Assembly (NCBI RefSeq): GCF_006345805.1
Contig: NC_043005.1
Location: 28,148,001 to 28,212,000 of the forward strand
DNA: 64,000 nt
Source: Octopus sinensis
Lineage: Eukaryota
Direction: 5' to 3'
The position numbers and the translations under genes were made by a program. The notes beneath the pieces are model-generated. The model did not search any database and was not told the DNA's origin. It saw only the letters and a list, made by a program, of their open reading frames with translations. Every line of letters begins with the position of its first letter. Within the stretch, counting starts at the first letter, position 1. This document shows, piece after piece, positions 1 to 12,389 of the stretch.

Positions 1-235
1 TTTACATTTTCACTTTCCCTTTTAATATTGTCTATCTCCATTTCTCCCCCTCTCCCTCTCTCTACTATTAATTCTACTCCTCTTGTTTCCGTCTCTCTTT
101 TCCTCACCTCTTCCACCTTTTCCTCAATCAATTAACTTCCCTTTTCCTTTTTCTTTCTTTCATTCTCCCTCTTCCTATCTCATTCAATCTCTTTTTCGTT
201 TTATGTATGTAAATCCTATTCAAATCTATATTACG

Positions 236-274
<39 letters not shown>

Positions 275-375
275 TTTTATTTTTTATCTCCTTTCTCTTT
301 CTCCGCCCCCCACCCCACTCTCTCGCTTTCCCCTTTTCTCTCTCTTCTCTCCCTTCTATCCTCTCTTTTGTTCTC
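1..375. repeat. CT-rich low-complexity tract
   Basis: Almost purely pyrimidine on + strand, includes (CT)n; source of spurious F/S/L-rich ORFs. Confidence 0.8.
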
Positions 376-932
376 GCAACACAATGGTGAATTACTAGAC
401 GAGCAGACGATAGATACATTTTGTTGAAATTTTATTGCAAATTCCATTGAAATTGAAATAAAAAATAAATTAGAAGCAAGATGAACAATCATTTTGTAAG
501 GAAATTGAATTCCATAAATTTGGGCTACAGGTTGCAATAATATATTTATTGACTAGAACTACCTCACCAACTATCTCATTCATAAAAGCCAGCAGATGGA
601 GATGTAGCTAAAAGCTCCCTGTCTCCATTCAGTGGACGCCGATGGCTTCATGTATCGTGCCTTCAAAATGTTCATTTATTGATCGCAGTTCGCCCAGCAC
701 ACGCCTCAACTACTGTCTGTTATGTATAAAACAAAGTGATGTATGTAACTGTGTGAGATCATGTACGTATCCCTGCGATAGTGTGTTTCTATATATGTGT
801 GTGTGTGTGTTTACGTATGTGTGTGTTCAGAATCAAAAAAGGGTGAGACGTGCCGGGGAAGAAAGCGCAAAAGAGCAATAGACAACAAGGAACGTGGAGG
901 AAATATAAATACGCACGCACACACACATACAC

Positions 933-1400
933 ACTAGCTGAGTAGCCCGTTGTTGCTGGGTAATTTTCACACTAGGAATGCCTTGGCGGACTTTCAGAAT
1001 AGTACACCCACATAAGTTGGATTTTGCCCCGTTTTGGTGGAGATTTTTCAAAACATTTTTCATCACATCCTTGCAAAATGATGGGGTGGAAGCATTTTAT
1101 GGAAAAATTTTTTTGAGAATTTATTAATCCGCCCCTCCTCCTTCCGGATCGATTTTGTCGATTTTTTTTTTTTTTGCACTACACACTTAAAAACAATGGG
1201 AAACGCTTCTGCAGTGAAAGAGAATAAAATTAGAAAATTTAGGAATTTTTTTCAAACCTTTTCTGTACCGGTTTTGATTTTTTTTTTTTTTGCACTTCGT
1301 CCTTAAAAGCGATGAGAGACGCCTTGAGGGTTAAAAGTGGTGGTGGGGGGGTTTAGAAATCGGTGGTCACCATTACAATCTCCACTTGTAGATACAGATA
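933..1400 (+). mobile_element. Helentron/DINE-1-like non-autonomous element (degenerate)
   Basis: Starts ACTAGCTGAGTAGCCCGTTGTTGC, resembling the ACTAGCAGTATCGCCCGGCGTTGC terminus at 26629; classification by resemblance only. Confidence 0.4.
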
Positions 1401-1671
1401 CACACACACACATTCACTAATTGATCACCATTTACAAAAACAATGTTCATGCCTAATATACTATCACTAAGGCACTAGCACACCCATGTCAAAAATACCC
1501 ACAGCTTTATTAATGATAGAAAATGGCATATAAAAACAATGAAAGAAACCATTGCTAAGTGTCAGCAATGAAATAAATATATGTTATATACACAGAACTG
1601 AAGCACTTGAAGAATCAGCTACAGTTGTAATGTCTTGGTTGAAAATATCACCCACATAATGAGTGTGTGTG

Positions 1672-1705
<34 letters not shown>

Positions 1706-1711
<6 letters not shown>

Positions 1712-2206
1712 TCTAGTTGTGTGAGTGTCTGTCCCCTTCGATTTAGATTCCTAACTCCTCCCACATTTTGCGGTGCAGTTTAACCAAATTCGGTTATCTT
1801 ATAGTCGTGATTCATATCGAGCCCGTCTGGCTATTAGCGCGCATCAACGATGAGTCTACGATTTTAAAAATAATTTAACATCATTTTTTATTCCATTTTA
1901 ATGCATAATTTTTCGTGTGTCGATGGCAGCGGAGTTGGCGTCCACGCTCACATCTGCACCTGTTTGCTTCTCCCCCTTCCCTCCCTCGTGAAGCTGTGGG
2001 GAAGGGAGTGTAAGGAAATCAACGTCGTAATGCGTTGTCAAGGAGACCAGCGTTCTTTTAGAACAACGACTTCATGGCTTGAAGACACCAAAACAGAAAT
2101 GGCTAAGAAAGCCCGAATTGGCATCTATAAGGGAAGTAACTCTCTAAAAATGCTTATATAGTTATTTCCCTTACAAACCCAAGCAACGCCGGGCGATACT
2201 GCTAGT
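1706..2206 (-). mobile_element. Helentron/DINE-1-like non-autonomous element
   Basis: 2160-2206 is the near-exact reverse complement of 26629-26675 (ACTAGCAGTATCGCCCGGCGTTGC...GTTTGTAAGGGAAATAACTA); embedded in (TA)n. Confidence 0.55.
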
Positions 2207-2235
2207 ATATATATAAATATAAATATATATATATA

Positions 2236-2428
2236 TTAAGGAGATATACTTGCATAACGAGTGACTTGATCTGAGATTGTGTGCTGAAACGAAAACAATT
2301 GCAGCGTGGAAGGTGTTTATAAGCCATTTAAGAAACATGGCTTATAAACACCTTCCACGCTGCAATTGTTTTCGTTCAGCACACGATCTCAGATCAAGTC
2401 ACTCGTTATGCAAGTATATCTCCTTTAT
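2236..2428. repeat. Fold-back palindrome / MITE-like element 1
   Basis: ~92-bp arms differing by one substitution and one indel, 9-nt loop (2328-2336), flanked by TA repeats. Confidence 0.9.
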
Positions 2429-2434
2429 ATATAT

Positions 2435-3290
2435 CATCATCATCATCATCCTCATTCAACTTCTACTTTCCATGCTGGCATGGGTTGGACAGTTAGACTG
2501 AAACTGGTAAGCCAGAGAGCTGTACCAGGTTCCAGTCTGATTTGACATGGTTTCTATGACTGGATGCCCTTGTTAATGTCAACCCCTCCTAGAGTGTAAT
2601 AGGTCCCTTTTACATGCCATTGGTATGGATGCTATTTACATGACACCAGCAATGGTCACAACTATGATTTCATGGGTGCCATTTACATGACCCTGGCAAC
2701 AACCACCTTTATGGTTTCACTTGGCTTGACAAGTCTTCTCAAGTACAACATATTACAAAGGTCTTGGTCACTTGTCATCACCTTCGTGAAGCCCAACATT
2801 CAAAGATCATGCTACTGGCAACAACTATAGTTACAATTTCATGGGTGGCATTTACATGATATCAGCAATGGCCACAATTATGATTTCACTTGGCTTGACG
2901 TATCTTCTAAAACACAACATATTGCCAAAGGTCTCAGTCACTAGTCATCACCTTCATGAGGCCCAACATTGGAAGATCATGCTTCACCATCTTGTCCCAT
3001 GTCTTCCTATTTCTACCTCTTCCACAGATTCCTTCCACAGTTAGACATCGGCACCTCTTTACACAGCTGTTCTTGTCCATATGCATCATATGACCATACC
3101 ATTGCGTTTGTCTCTCTTGCCCACCTCATCTGATGTCTCTTATGCCCAGTTTTTCTCTCAAGACACTTATGCTCTGTTGTACATGCAAACTAACATTGCA
3201 CATCCAGCAGAGCATACTAGCTTCATTTCTTTCAAGCTTTTGCATGTCCTCTGTGGTCACAACCCATGTTTCACAGCTGTTCGAACACAG
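2435..3290 (-). mobile_element. RTE-clade LINE 3' fragment (ORF2 end plus long 3' UTR, (GAT)n tail)
   Basis: Minus translation ..SCETWVVTTEDMQKLERNEASMLCWMCNVS..LREKLGIRDIR is typical of the RTE C-terminus; continues into UTR ending CCAGCATGGAAA..GATGATGAT. Confidence 0.8.
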
Positions 3291-3390
3291 ACAACATATA
3301 ATAATAATGATAATAACAACAACGACAACAACAACAATGATTTCTTTATTAACCACAAGGGTTTACATTAAGAAAAACATTATGGACAGT

Positions 3391-3745
3391 AGGAGTGGCT
3401 GTGTGGTAAGTAGCTTGCTTACCAATCACATGGTTCCAGGTTCAGTCCCACTGCATGGCATCTTGGGTAAGTGTCTTCTACTATAGCCTTTGGCCGACCA
3501 AAGCCTTGTGAGTGGATTTGGTAGACGGAAACTGAAAGAAGCCTGTCATATATATGTATATGTATATATATGTATGTGTGTGTCTGTTTGTCCCCCCCCC
3601 AACATCGTTTGACAACCGATGCTGGTGTGTTTATGTCCCCATAACTTAGCAGTTCGGCAAAAAGAGACCGATAGAATAAGTACTAGGCTTAGGCGGTGCT
3701 GAAGCATGGCTGCAGTCAAATGACTGAAACAAGTAAAAGAGTACA
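3391..3745 (+). mobile_element. SINE family A (tRNA-derived, CORE-like)
   Basis: A-box TGGCTGTGTGG, B-box GGTTCAGTCCC, CORE-like CTTGGGTAAGTGTCTT, internal microsatellite, tail AAATGACTGAAACAAGTAAAAGAG. Confidence 0.85.
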
Positions 3746-4028
3746 GGACAAAACAAAGAATGTGTGTGTATGCATGTGAGTGTGTGTTGTTATGAGGGTT
3801 TTACATGCAAAGAAGACTAACAAAAACCAAACAATAATTGCTCTATTTGAGACAGCTAGGATTTTGAGATTGGTACTTGGGTGTTGAGTATCTTCCATGA
3901 TATTTAACACTTAAGTGCTAATTTTTTTAGTTCGTGGAAGGAGACCCTGTGAAACCTTTCACAACAGGATGTTGTCCGCTTCCACAGAATTAACCAGAGC
4001 AAGTAAGATCAAAAACTCAGAGTAGTAA

Positions 4029-4086
4029 ATAATAACAATAGCAACAATACATGCATGCATGCATGTATTGTTGCTATTGTTATTAT
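4029..4086. repeat. Perfect spacer-less 58-bp palindrome
   Basis: ATAATAACAATAGCAACAATACATGCATG|CATGTATTGTTGCTATTGTTATTAT equals its own reverse complement. Confidence 0.9.
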
Positions 4087-4364
4087 GCATGCATGCATGT
4101 ATGTATGTATGTATGTATGTATGTATGTACGTATGTACGTACGTACGTACGTACGTACGTACGCACGCACGCACGCACGCATGTATGTATGTATGTATGT
4201 ATGTATGTATGTATGTAGTATGTATGTATGTATGTATGTATGTACGTACGTACGTACATACGTACATACATACATACATACATACATACATACGTATGTA
4301 TGTACGTACATACATACGTATGTATGTATGTATGTATGTATGTACGTATGTACGTACGTACGTA

Positions 4365-4400
<36 letters not shown>

Positions 4401-4470
4401 CACACGCACACACACATACATACATACATACATACATACATACATACATACATACATACATACATACATA
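4087..4470. repeat. Compound tetranucleotide microsatellite (TATG/TACG/CACG/TACA)
   Basis: Directly visible; generates the MYVC/THTY ORFs. Confidence 0.95.
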
Positions 4471-4474
4471 CAAT

Positions 4475-5725
4475 GTTGTACCCACCTCTGAAGATCTAAA
4501 AATGAATGGCTTGACAATACAACCTCTACAGTCAGAAGATAATAATATGTATCTTGGACAAGGGGAGAATGTCAGAGATGATGGATCTATAAATAAGGAG
4601 AGAACTGAAAATGAGGACTTCAGGAGAGTAAAGAGAACATGGTCATCAGAACTCTTAGCTTACAGCAAACATTGCCCACAACACCTTTGCAGTGCCTGCC
4701 TTCACACCTATGTTTAGCCTTTTGAACTGGTCACTACAAGAACTCAAGGAGATAGACGTTCAAACTAGAAAGCCATTCAGTGTTTCAGGAACCTTCAACA
4801 TCAATGGAGCTGTAGACAGGCTATATTTCCCAACGAAAGATGGTGGTCAATGTCTCAAATCTGTATTGATGTCATATGAAACACATATTGTGACACTGAA
4901 ACAATATCTGCAGCAGAGTAAAGAGACCAGTAACCATCTTGCCCCAGTTTGTGACCATGAAATCAACAACGTAATTAAGATAGCTAATGAACTTGAGGAG
5001 AGGTATGAAATAAGAACTGATACAAATCATTCCCCTAGAAGCATTGGTAAAATCTGTTTATCAGAACAGAATAAAAAAAAAGATGGATGAGTTTACTGAG
5101 AAGATAATACTGGGTACTTGGCACATAAAACACAAACCGTAGGAGGGACTGATTATATGAAAAGCTTGGCATGGAACACCAACAAGTTTCTGACATTCCA
5201 TACTGAAGGCTACCTCCATGCAATCCAAGAACAAGAGATCTCCACCAAGTACCTAAAGCATAAAAAGCAGAAAACATTGACAGACAACAAATGTAGGTTG
5301 TGCAGGACCAAAATTGAAGACATCAGCCACATTATTACCAACTGTAAGAGAATGTCTTCCAGAGATTATTTTCCTGTGAGGCGTGATGTGATAGACAGAA
5401 CAGTCTGGAACAGGATAATAGAAAAGAAAACACCTACAGACAAAGTTGATCGTATTGAGACTGATGAGTCAAAAGAATATTGATGGAACTTAAAAATTAA
5501 AACAGCCCGGTCAGATAACTTGCAAATCCGGAACCCAGGATACACTTTCAGCTTCACACCTATTATCATTGGAGCAACAGGTTACATACCGACACTCCTG
5601 GAACAAAGTCTGTCTAAACTTAGGATCTTGGGGAGAGAACGCAAATCCTCAATTCATACGCTACAACTGATCATGCTATCTGGGAGTATAAAAACCAGTA
5701 AGATCTTAAGATTTGAAGTATGATG
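4475..5725 (+). mobile_element. R4/Dong-type (restriction-like endonuclease) non-LTR retrotransposon 3' remnant, frameshifted
   Basis: Fragments ..MYLGQGEN..RRVKRTWSSEL, VDRLYFPTKDGGQCL, GYLHAIQEQEISTKY, zinc knuckle CRLCRTKIEDISHIITNC, and PIIIGATGYIP in the expected order; stops and frameshifts. Confidence 0.75.
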
Positions 5726-6245
5726 ATTAAAACAAAATGCTTTCTTTTTCACAACCTTACAAAATGGCCAGTCAAAATTTATTCTAAATTAAATAGAAAA
5801 AAAGAACAAATATACTACGTACAAACGTAAGTACACACACACACATACATACATAAGCTTATGTAGCTAAAACAGTTGCATGTAAGAGATAGAATCATTA
5901 GAATATTTTGAACGCACGATGTCAGAATATCAGAAAATGTTTCATATTTTCAATAGCCAAGAACTATCACTTCCCTCTCCTCTTAACATAATCCAGATAT
6001 ACCGTCCTACTTAAACTGGCATGTTTCTCATTTGTTGTTGAAATTTGTTTATATTACCATCAACCGAGTCAGAAGTTCATGTTTGAGATAAGAGGTCTCC
6101 CATCAAAGCTGTCGACGACATCTGATTACTTGGTAATTCGACACTCAGTGATGACTGGGAACGGCAGAGATACATTCCGATTGTTCTACATCTTAAAGAG
6201 ATACAGGCCAGCCGCCCGTCTAGTACTCTAACAGACAGTTATCTT

Positions 6246-6278
<33 letters not shown>

Positions 6279-6414
6279 GCGTGTGTGCGTGCAAGTGGAG
6301 AAAGAGAGATAAAAATGCGAGGAAGTATAGTTTTTATGGAGAGAAAATGATTTTGAAAATAGTAATACCCAACAGTTATGATATGCCATATTGAAAAATA
6401 ACGACATATCGTAG

Positions 6415-6515
6415 TTTTTATAAACGACATCAATAACAGTTCCTATAAATGATACACCATTGCTTCTATAAAATGTTACATCACGGCTTCTATAAATTGA
6501 TACATCACAGCATCT
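6415..6515. repeat. Degenerate ~24-bp minisatellite x4
   Basis: Units like TTCTATAAATTGATACATCACAGC. Confidence 0.7.
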
Positions 6516-6671
6516 ATTGTTTGTATAGAAACAAGATAATGAAATATCAACAGCTGAGAGACCATATGTTATTCTAGCATAGCCTCAGTTCAACTAGATG
6601 CTGGGAAATTATACCTGTTACTTTTGCTCTTTTCATTTTTCTGCTCCTTTCCTTTCCCCCCACTTAAACAG

Positions 6672-6703
6672 AAGCAATACTTTTTGCAGGAACTTCAGCA
6701 CCG
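6672..6703 (+). CDS. Candidate 32-nt exon, unknown gene
   Basis: Long polypyrimidine tract ..CCCCCACTTAAACAG| and donor CCG|GTGAGA; all three frames open; no homology recognised. Confidence 0.2.
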
Positions 6704-7635
6704 GTGAGATAAAAAAAAGGGGGAAATAAAAACATTACTCATAAATAAATCTGATGCTTTTAACAGCGTAGAGATATACACACCCTGTTAAAGGTACCCT
6801 AAGGTCAGGTGATGGTGTTGAACAGGACGACATATTTGGTTTCTCACCTTAAGAATGGATACGGTCCACCTGATATGTTTCCTAACAATTTCCGTCAAAA
6901 GACCGTAGACGAATCTTTTCAGTTTGACTGCCAATTTTCGAAAATTCAAAGTTTATTGAAAATTTTAAAATTTGGTACATAAATGTAATTTTCCGAGTTG
7001 AATCTCAGGAGATACTTCACCTTTTCCAGAAAAACTTTTTAAAAAAGTTATAGAGGTTTAAAGTTTGATAATTTTCACCTAGACATAAAACAGGATTTGG
7101 AAGCTGTTACTTTGTGCGAGACAGCACTTGTTGTCAAGTGTAATCAAATCAAATTCTGCTTTTGGTGCGTCATATAACTCCTCATAACTTGTTTTACTTT
7201 TTTTAATTTTCAGGTAATTTTTGCGAATTTGTGTTCTAGAAACAGGAATTCGTGTGATTATCTAAAACTAAAAAAAAAAATTTTGTTGCGTGATTTAAGG
7301 CATATTTGACTTATTTTTAGCACATCTGATGACCACCTCAATGAATGCTTTCTTGCAGACGAGTTCTCAAGCTTGGAATGTTACTATGGAAACAAGCATG
7401 AATGTAGGCATAAAACAGGCTTATGATTGGCTAAAATTACTCAAAATTTGCAAACTTTAAAAACTAATAACTATTTATTTATTGATTTTTTTTGCAAAAA
7501 TGAATTTTATAGCATTTGTTAGCATATAAAACAATATCATTACACCGAATATGAAACCAATTCGAGCGGGAATTGAAGAGATTGAAAATTGGCGGCCAAG
7601 CAGAAAAAAACTCAAAATACTCAATGGACTCTCTC

Positions 7636-8015
7636 TCTCTTTTACTTGTTTCAGTCATTTGACTACGGCCATGATGGAGCACCACCTTTAGTCGAGCAAA
7701 TCGACCCCAGGACTTATTCTTTGTAAGCCCAGTACTTATTCTATCAGTCTCTTTTGCCGAACCGCTAAGTGACGGCGACGTAAACACACCAGCATCGGTT
7801 GTCAAGCCATACTAGGGGGACAAACACAGACACACAAACACATACATATATACGACAGGCTTCTTTCAGTTTCTGTCTACCAAATCCACTCACAAGGCAT
7901 TGGTCGGCCCGGGGCTATAGCAGAAGACACTTGCCCAAGATGCCACGCAGTGGGACTGAACCTGGAACCATGTGGTTGGTTAGCAAGCCACTTACCACAC
8001 AACCACTCCTGCGCC
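7636..8015 (-). mobile_element. SINE family A
   Basis: Full-length reverse-complement copy. Confidence 0.85.
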
Positions 8016-8055
8016 TGACCAGAATTTTTGTCTTTTGAGCTATAAATTCTTTATT

Positions 8056-8265
8056 GGCCCAGAGATACTGTGTGGTTAAAATGTTTGCTTTGCAAACGTG
8101 GTTCTAGATTCAGTCCCATTGCATGACACTGTGCGCAAGTGCTTTCTACTGTGGCCCCGAACCAACTTTGAAAGTGAATTTCGTAGATGGAAACTATATA
8201 GAAGCCTGTCATATATATGTGTGTTTCTCTTCTCACTGCTTAACAACTGGTATTGGTTTGTTAGA
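8056..8265 (+). mobile_element. SINE family A, partial and degenerate
   Basis: Head and CORE-like region recognisable. Confidence 0.65.
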
Positions 8266-8465
8266 TAGTTAGACAAATGTGTGTGTGTGCATATTTATGT
8301 GAATGGGTTCATATTTTCTCCTTATCTATACATGTGTTCATTGACTGTAAACAAAATAACTATCAATATAGATGGTGTCATAAGCTTGCAATCTACTACA
8401 AAAACATGCCTGGACTTTTTGATATGTGTTGGTTATGTTGTAATATCTTTGTAAATATATGTATG

Positions 8466-8547
<82 letters not shown>

Positions 8548-8585
8548 GTATTATGTATGTATGTATGTATGTATGTATGTATGTA

Positions 8586-9090
8586 TGATTTAATATTAAA
8601 TTCAATTTAGTATTAAATCAAATTTCACAATATAAATATATAAAATATAAATTAGAGATAAAACCACTATTATGTAATTCAAACAATGATAGACATAAAC
8701 CAAAACACAAATAACAAATAAAATATATTTTTATAAAACATAGCTAGATCACAAAAGTATAAAAATGAAAAATCAATATATAATAAGTAAAAAAACTATG
8801 TACATTTCATGGCTATAATTAAATTCGAATTACAATTAAATTTAAATGTAATTGAAATGAATTCAATTTAAAATTATAACCAATCTTCAGGTTAACAATA
8901 ATAGTTAAATAAATAAGCAAATAGAGTTAAACAATATTTATTTAAAAAATAAATAAAATAATGATTTTTCTCATAGAAGAAACTCCATTAACTAAATTTG
9001 AAACTTAAAACATTAGGATCAGTTTCTTACAATACATTTATTATGTTAAATATTTAAGGTAAAAAAAATAGAGTAAATAGATAGAAAAAT
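8586..9090. repeat. Unclassified AT-rich interspersed repeat
   Basis: 8586-8700 (TTAGAGATAAAACCACTATTA..) matches the reverse complement of ~26410-26570. Confidence 0.55.
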
Positions 9091-9101
9091 GTATATATAT
9101 A

Positions 9102-9137
<36 letters not shown>

Positions 9138-9139
9138 TA

Positions 9140-9305
9140 CCCACTAAACCTTTTTCTATTTTCTCTCCCTGTTTATTTCTGTGTTCCTTTCTGTCGAAGA
9201 GTGTAGGCTTGAAACGTAAAAGACTTTCTCACTTCCTGAGCATTAAACTAATACATCTGTTTGTTGTTTACACACCTGTCTTCGCCTTTTGTTTTTTTGT
9301 AAATT
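9140..9305 (+). mobile_element. Penelope-like terminal-repeat remnant
   Basis: GAAGAGTGTAGGCTTGAAACGTAAAAGAC motif; second copy inverted at 56015-56200; resembles the hammerhead-like core of Penelope-like elements. Confidence 0.45.
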
Positions 9306-9306
9306 C

Positions 9307-9350
<44 letters not shown>

Positions 9351-9682
9351 CACACATACATACACCCCCCCACACACACACACACTCTTATGTACTCAAC
9401 TAGAAGGTATTAAGTGATCCTTCAAATTAATGTTAAATTTTTTCTTACATAACCTCACATGAAAAACATTAATATGTATGCACATAGTTTGTTTGTGTGC
9501 ATATATATGCATGAGTGTGTGAATGTGTGTACAGGTGTATGAAAATGATTGCAGTTTATTAAAATGTTCACATTAAAAGCTATTTTACAAATTGTGAAAT
9601 AAACCAAACCAAAAGTGTGAAGACATATAGTTATTGTATATTGTTGTTTTTGTATGCTGCTGAGTATTGTGTTTTGTGTTAG

Positions 9683-9703
9683 GTTCACGTCGTGCCTGGG
9701 GCA
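9683..9703 (+). CDS. Candidate 21-nt micro-exon
   Basis: TATTGTGTTTTGTGTTAG|GTTCACGTCGTGCCTGGGGCA|GTAAGA; two CpGs retained; no homology recognised. Confidence 0.15.
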
Positions 9704-10179
9704 GTAAGAGGAAGGGCGGAGAGAGAAAAGGTTGTGAAGTGGTGTGGTGGTTAGAATACTATAAAAACATACATTTTTGTTTGAACCTTTAAAGTAAGTA
9801 GAATTAATGAATGTGGGGAAGAGGATGGAAAGGGGTGAGGAGAGTTGATGAGAAAAAGTAAAAGGTAAAAAAAAAAAAAGAGTGAGACAGAGAGATAGCA
9901 AAAGAGAGAAAGGTAGTGAAATATATATAGAGAGAGATATATATAGAAAGGAGTTAGGGTGAGAATGAGACAGGAAAAGAGGAAGGGAATAAGAAAAAGA
10001 TAGAGGACAAAACAAAGAGGCAGAGGAAGTAAAAAAGAGAGTCAGACAGACAGAGATGGAAGGAAATTGAACAGAAGTATATAATCAGCAACTAGACAAA
10101 GGTGTCATTAATCTGTACATTAATCTCTCTGTTCCTCATTAGTTCATCATTGAAGTCGCCATTATTTAATTAATGGATT

Positions 10180-10400
10180 AAGGAGCTGAGCTGGCAGAAT
10201 TACTGCAATGTTGGGAAAATAATTTCTGGTATTTTTTTTACTGCTCTGTACATTGTGAGTTCAAATTCCACTGAGGTTAATTTTGTCTTTCATCCTTTTA
10301 GGGTGAACAAAATAAAATACTGATCAAGTACTAACTCAATGGTATCAACTAACCCCTGTCCTTCAAATTTGCTGGCTTCGAGCCTAAATCAGCAACAGTT
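10180..10400 (+). mobile_element. SINE family B (tRNA-derived), degenerate
   Basis: GAGCTGGCAGAA..GAGTTCAAATTCC..TTTCATCCTTT..AAATAC body. Confidence 0.7.
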
Positions 10401-10499
10401 ATTAGGGGAGTGGGCAGCTGTGAGCATGGTGGGGAACTAGTAGGTTGATAGTAGATTTGGGTAAAAGAGATGAATATAGCTCTATGTTCAGAGTTCAAA

Positions 10500-10990
10500 T
10501 CTTACTATAATGGATGTTATGTCCGTCTGTCTGTCCCCTCTTTACAGTAAAATGGCTGGACCAATGGTCACCATGTTTTTTGGGATTAGGAATGAGGTAA
10601 TCAGAAAGGTTTTTTACGAAAAAAATGTGAATACATGTGATGATTTAGTGGATATTGAGTTTTGTATTGATAAATCACCTTTGATCTTTTTAATAAAATT
10701 CTGGCGACGAGGATTAACTCCAGATTCCCCCACCCCACCTCATATCGTGAATTTAGAGGATTTAGATTTGCAATACTATCCCTTTATTTCCCATTGTAGA
10801 TGAGCAGATTTGCTTTAATGGGTGTTATGTCCGTCAATCCATCTCTTTGTTCCCTATTCACGGCCAGACAATATTTTGGGGATTACAAAGATGGTTGTCA
10901 GGAAGGTTTTTAGCATTAAAAAATCAGAAAGTATGATTATTTTGTGGATATCGATTTTTAAATTGATAAATCACTTTCACATTTAGGGTT
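10500..10990 (+). mobile_element. Two tandem Helentron/DINE-like units
   Basis: Two related units starting ATGG(A/G)TGTTATGTCCGTC; GTCT microsatellite. Confidence 0.4.
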
Positions 10991-11639
10991 GCAAAAAAAT
11001 CAAACATTGGCTCTTTGTTCCAACTTCCTGTCCATGATAAAAATTGCAGACTACAGCATACACTTGATCACAAAAACAGAAATTTCACAACTTGCAAAAT
11101 AAACACAGTGATGTCACTTGGGAAACCGCCTCATGAAGGCCACTGCTTTCTCTCACTGTACATGCAACTGTATGCTGCCATCTGTTGGTGTGCTACAGAA
11201 CTAGTCCTGAAACATTTTGGTATCACCTCGTAATTCTCCTGCTGTGGAAGAAGGATGAGTGACCAGAAGGGAGAAAGAAGGAAGTCACATCAAGGAGTGG
11301 CAGGTACAGCTCTCCAGTTTACCAGTTCCAGTCAAGCCATCTAACCCATGCCAGCATCAAAAACAGACTCTAACTCAGTGGTTCTCAATGTGTGGTTCAC
11401 GGCCTGCAAAGGTAGTAATGGGATATGTAAACTAAATTCAAAATTTCATATATACACTGTATTTTAACATGTATAAGGAACCCTTTTTTGTCAAAAATTA
11501 AGTTCAAATAATATGGGAGTTTCTTATACATGGGTAGTATTATAATCCCTTACAAAACCATTTTTCCAAATTTTACCCCCCCCCCCTCAATTAGGGTTTT
11601 CTTTATACACATTAAAATACAGTATATATATATATATAT

Positions 11640-11960
11640 TACATAAAATTCGTTTTGTCCGTCTGTGTGTGTGTCTTCTAGGATCTCAGGCATCCTCCAT
11701 CCGATTGTGCTCAAATTTGTTATGTAGATACCGACGGTATCAGGGCGTGTATAAATCTTGAAAAAATTACAAAAATCGATTCCAGGTGAGAATGCGATTG
11801 ATAAAGCCGTAAGAACGTGCATTTGTACGCACAAGTATATCAGCTGTTGCGATCAATAGTACGCATACATGAGAATAATGCAAGTGCAGTTTGCACAAAA
11901 AAACCCCGGCTGGCTTGAAATAATGCCACAAAATGGGATGGTTGAACAAGTTGTTTTGAG
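11640..11960. mobile_element. Helentron/DINE-like element nested in a hAT-like MITE (~11377-12060)
   Basis: ATAAAATTCGTTTTGTCCGTCTGTGTG start; outer ends CAGTGGTTCTCAA / GGTTGGGAACTAC. Confidence 0.35.
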
Positions 11961-12389
11961 AAAATTTGGTTTAAATGTTTGATAACATATACATATATAT
12001 AATACATAAGGATAAGCATATTAAAAGGGGTCCTTGGTAGTGGAAAGGTTGGGAACTACCCTAAATGATGATGATGATGAGTGTACCTAGGGTTTTATAA
12101 TCTAACAGGCACTTTTTAAAGTGATACATATGATTTCATTGAGATTTGGCTACTATTTCTTGTAGATCAATTGATCACATAGAGACTTTTGCAGTGTATA
12201 GTAGTAGCAGCAGCAGCAGCAGTAGTCACAGTAGGAACAGCAGAAGCCGGATCTGTTAAACAGCAGTAAATAATAATAACGCTTATGTACAGTATTTTCA
12301 TTGACACTCATTGATGTGTGCACAATGGTTGTTTGTACCTACCTATTCATAGTCTCTTTTGTACAATTAAATAAACCTGATATTCCAGC

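Noticed and set aside
3959-4517. Six overlapping long ORFs (MYVC/THTY-rich)
   Set aside because: Translation of a tetranucleotide microsatellite lacking stop codons
5761-5783. Minus 23-nt segment with good splice sites (INFDWPF)
   Set aside because: Lies at the 3' end of the R4-like LINE, very short, and not phase-linked to other candidates
11173-11188. CTCF-like motif TGCTGCCATCTGTTGG
   Set aside because: Single short match in repeat-rich DNA; expected by chance
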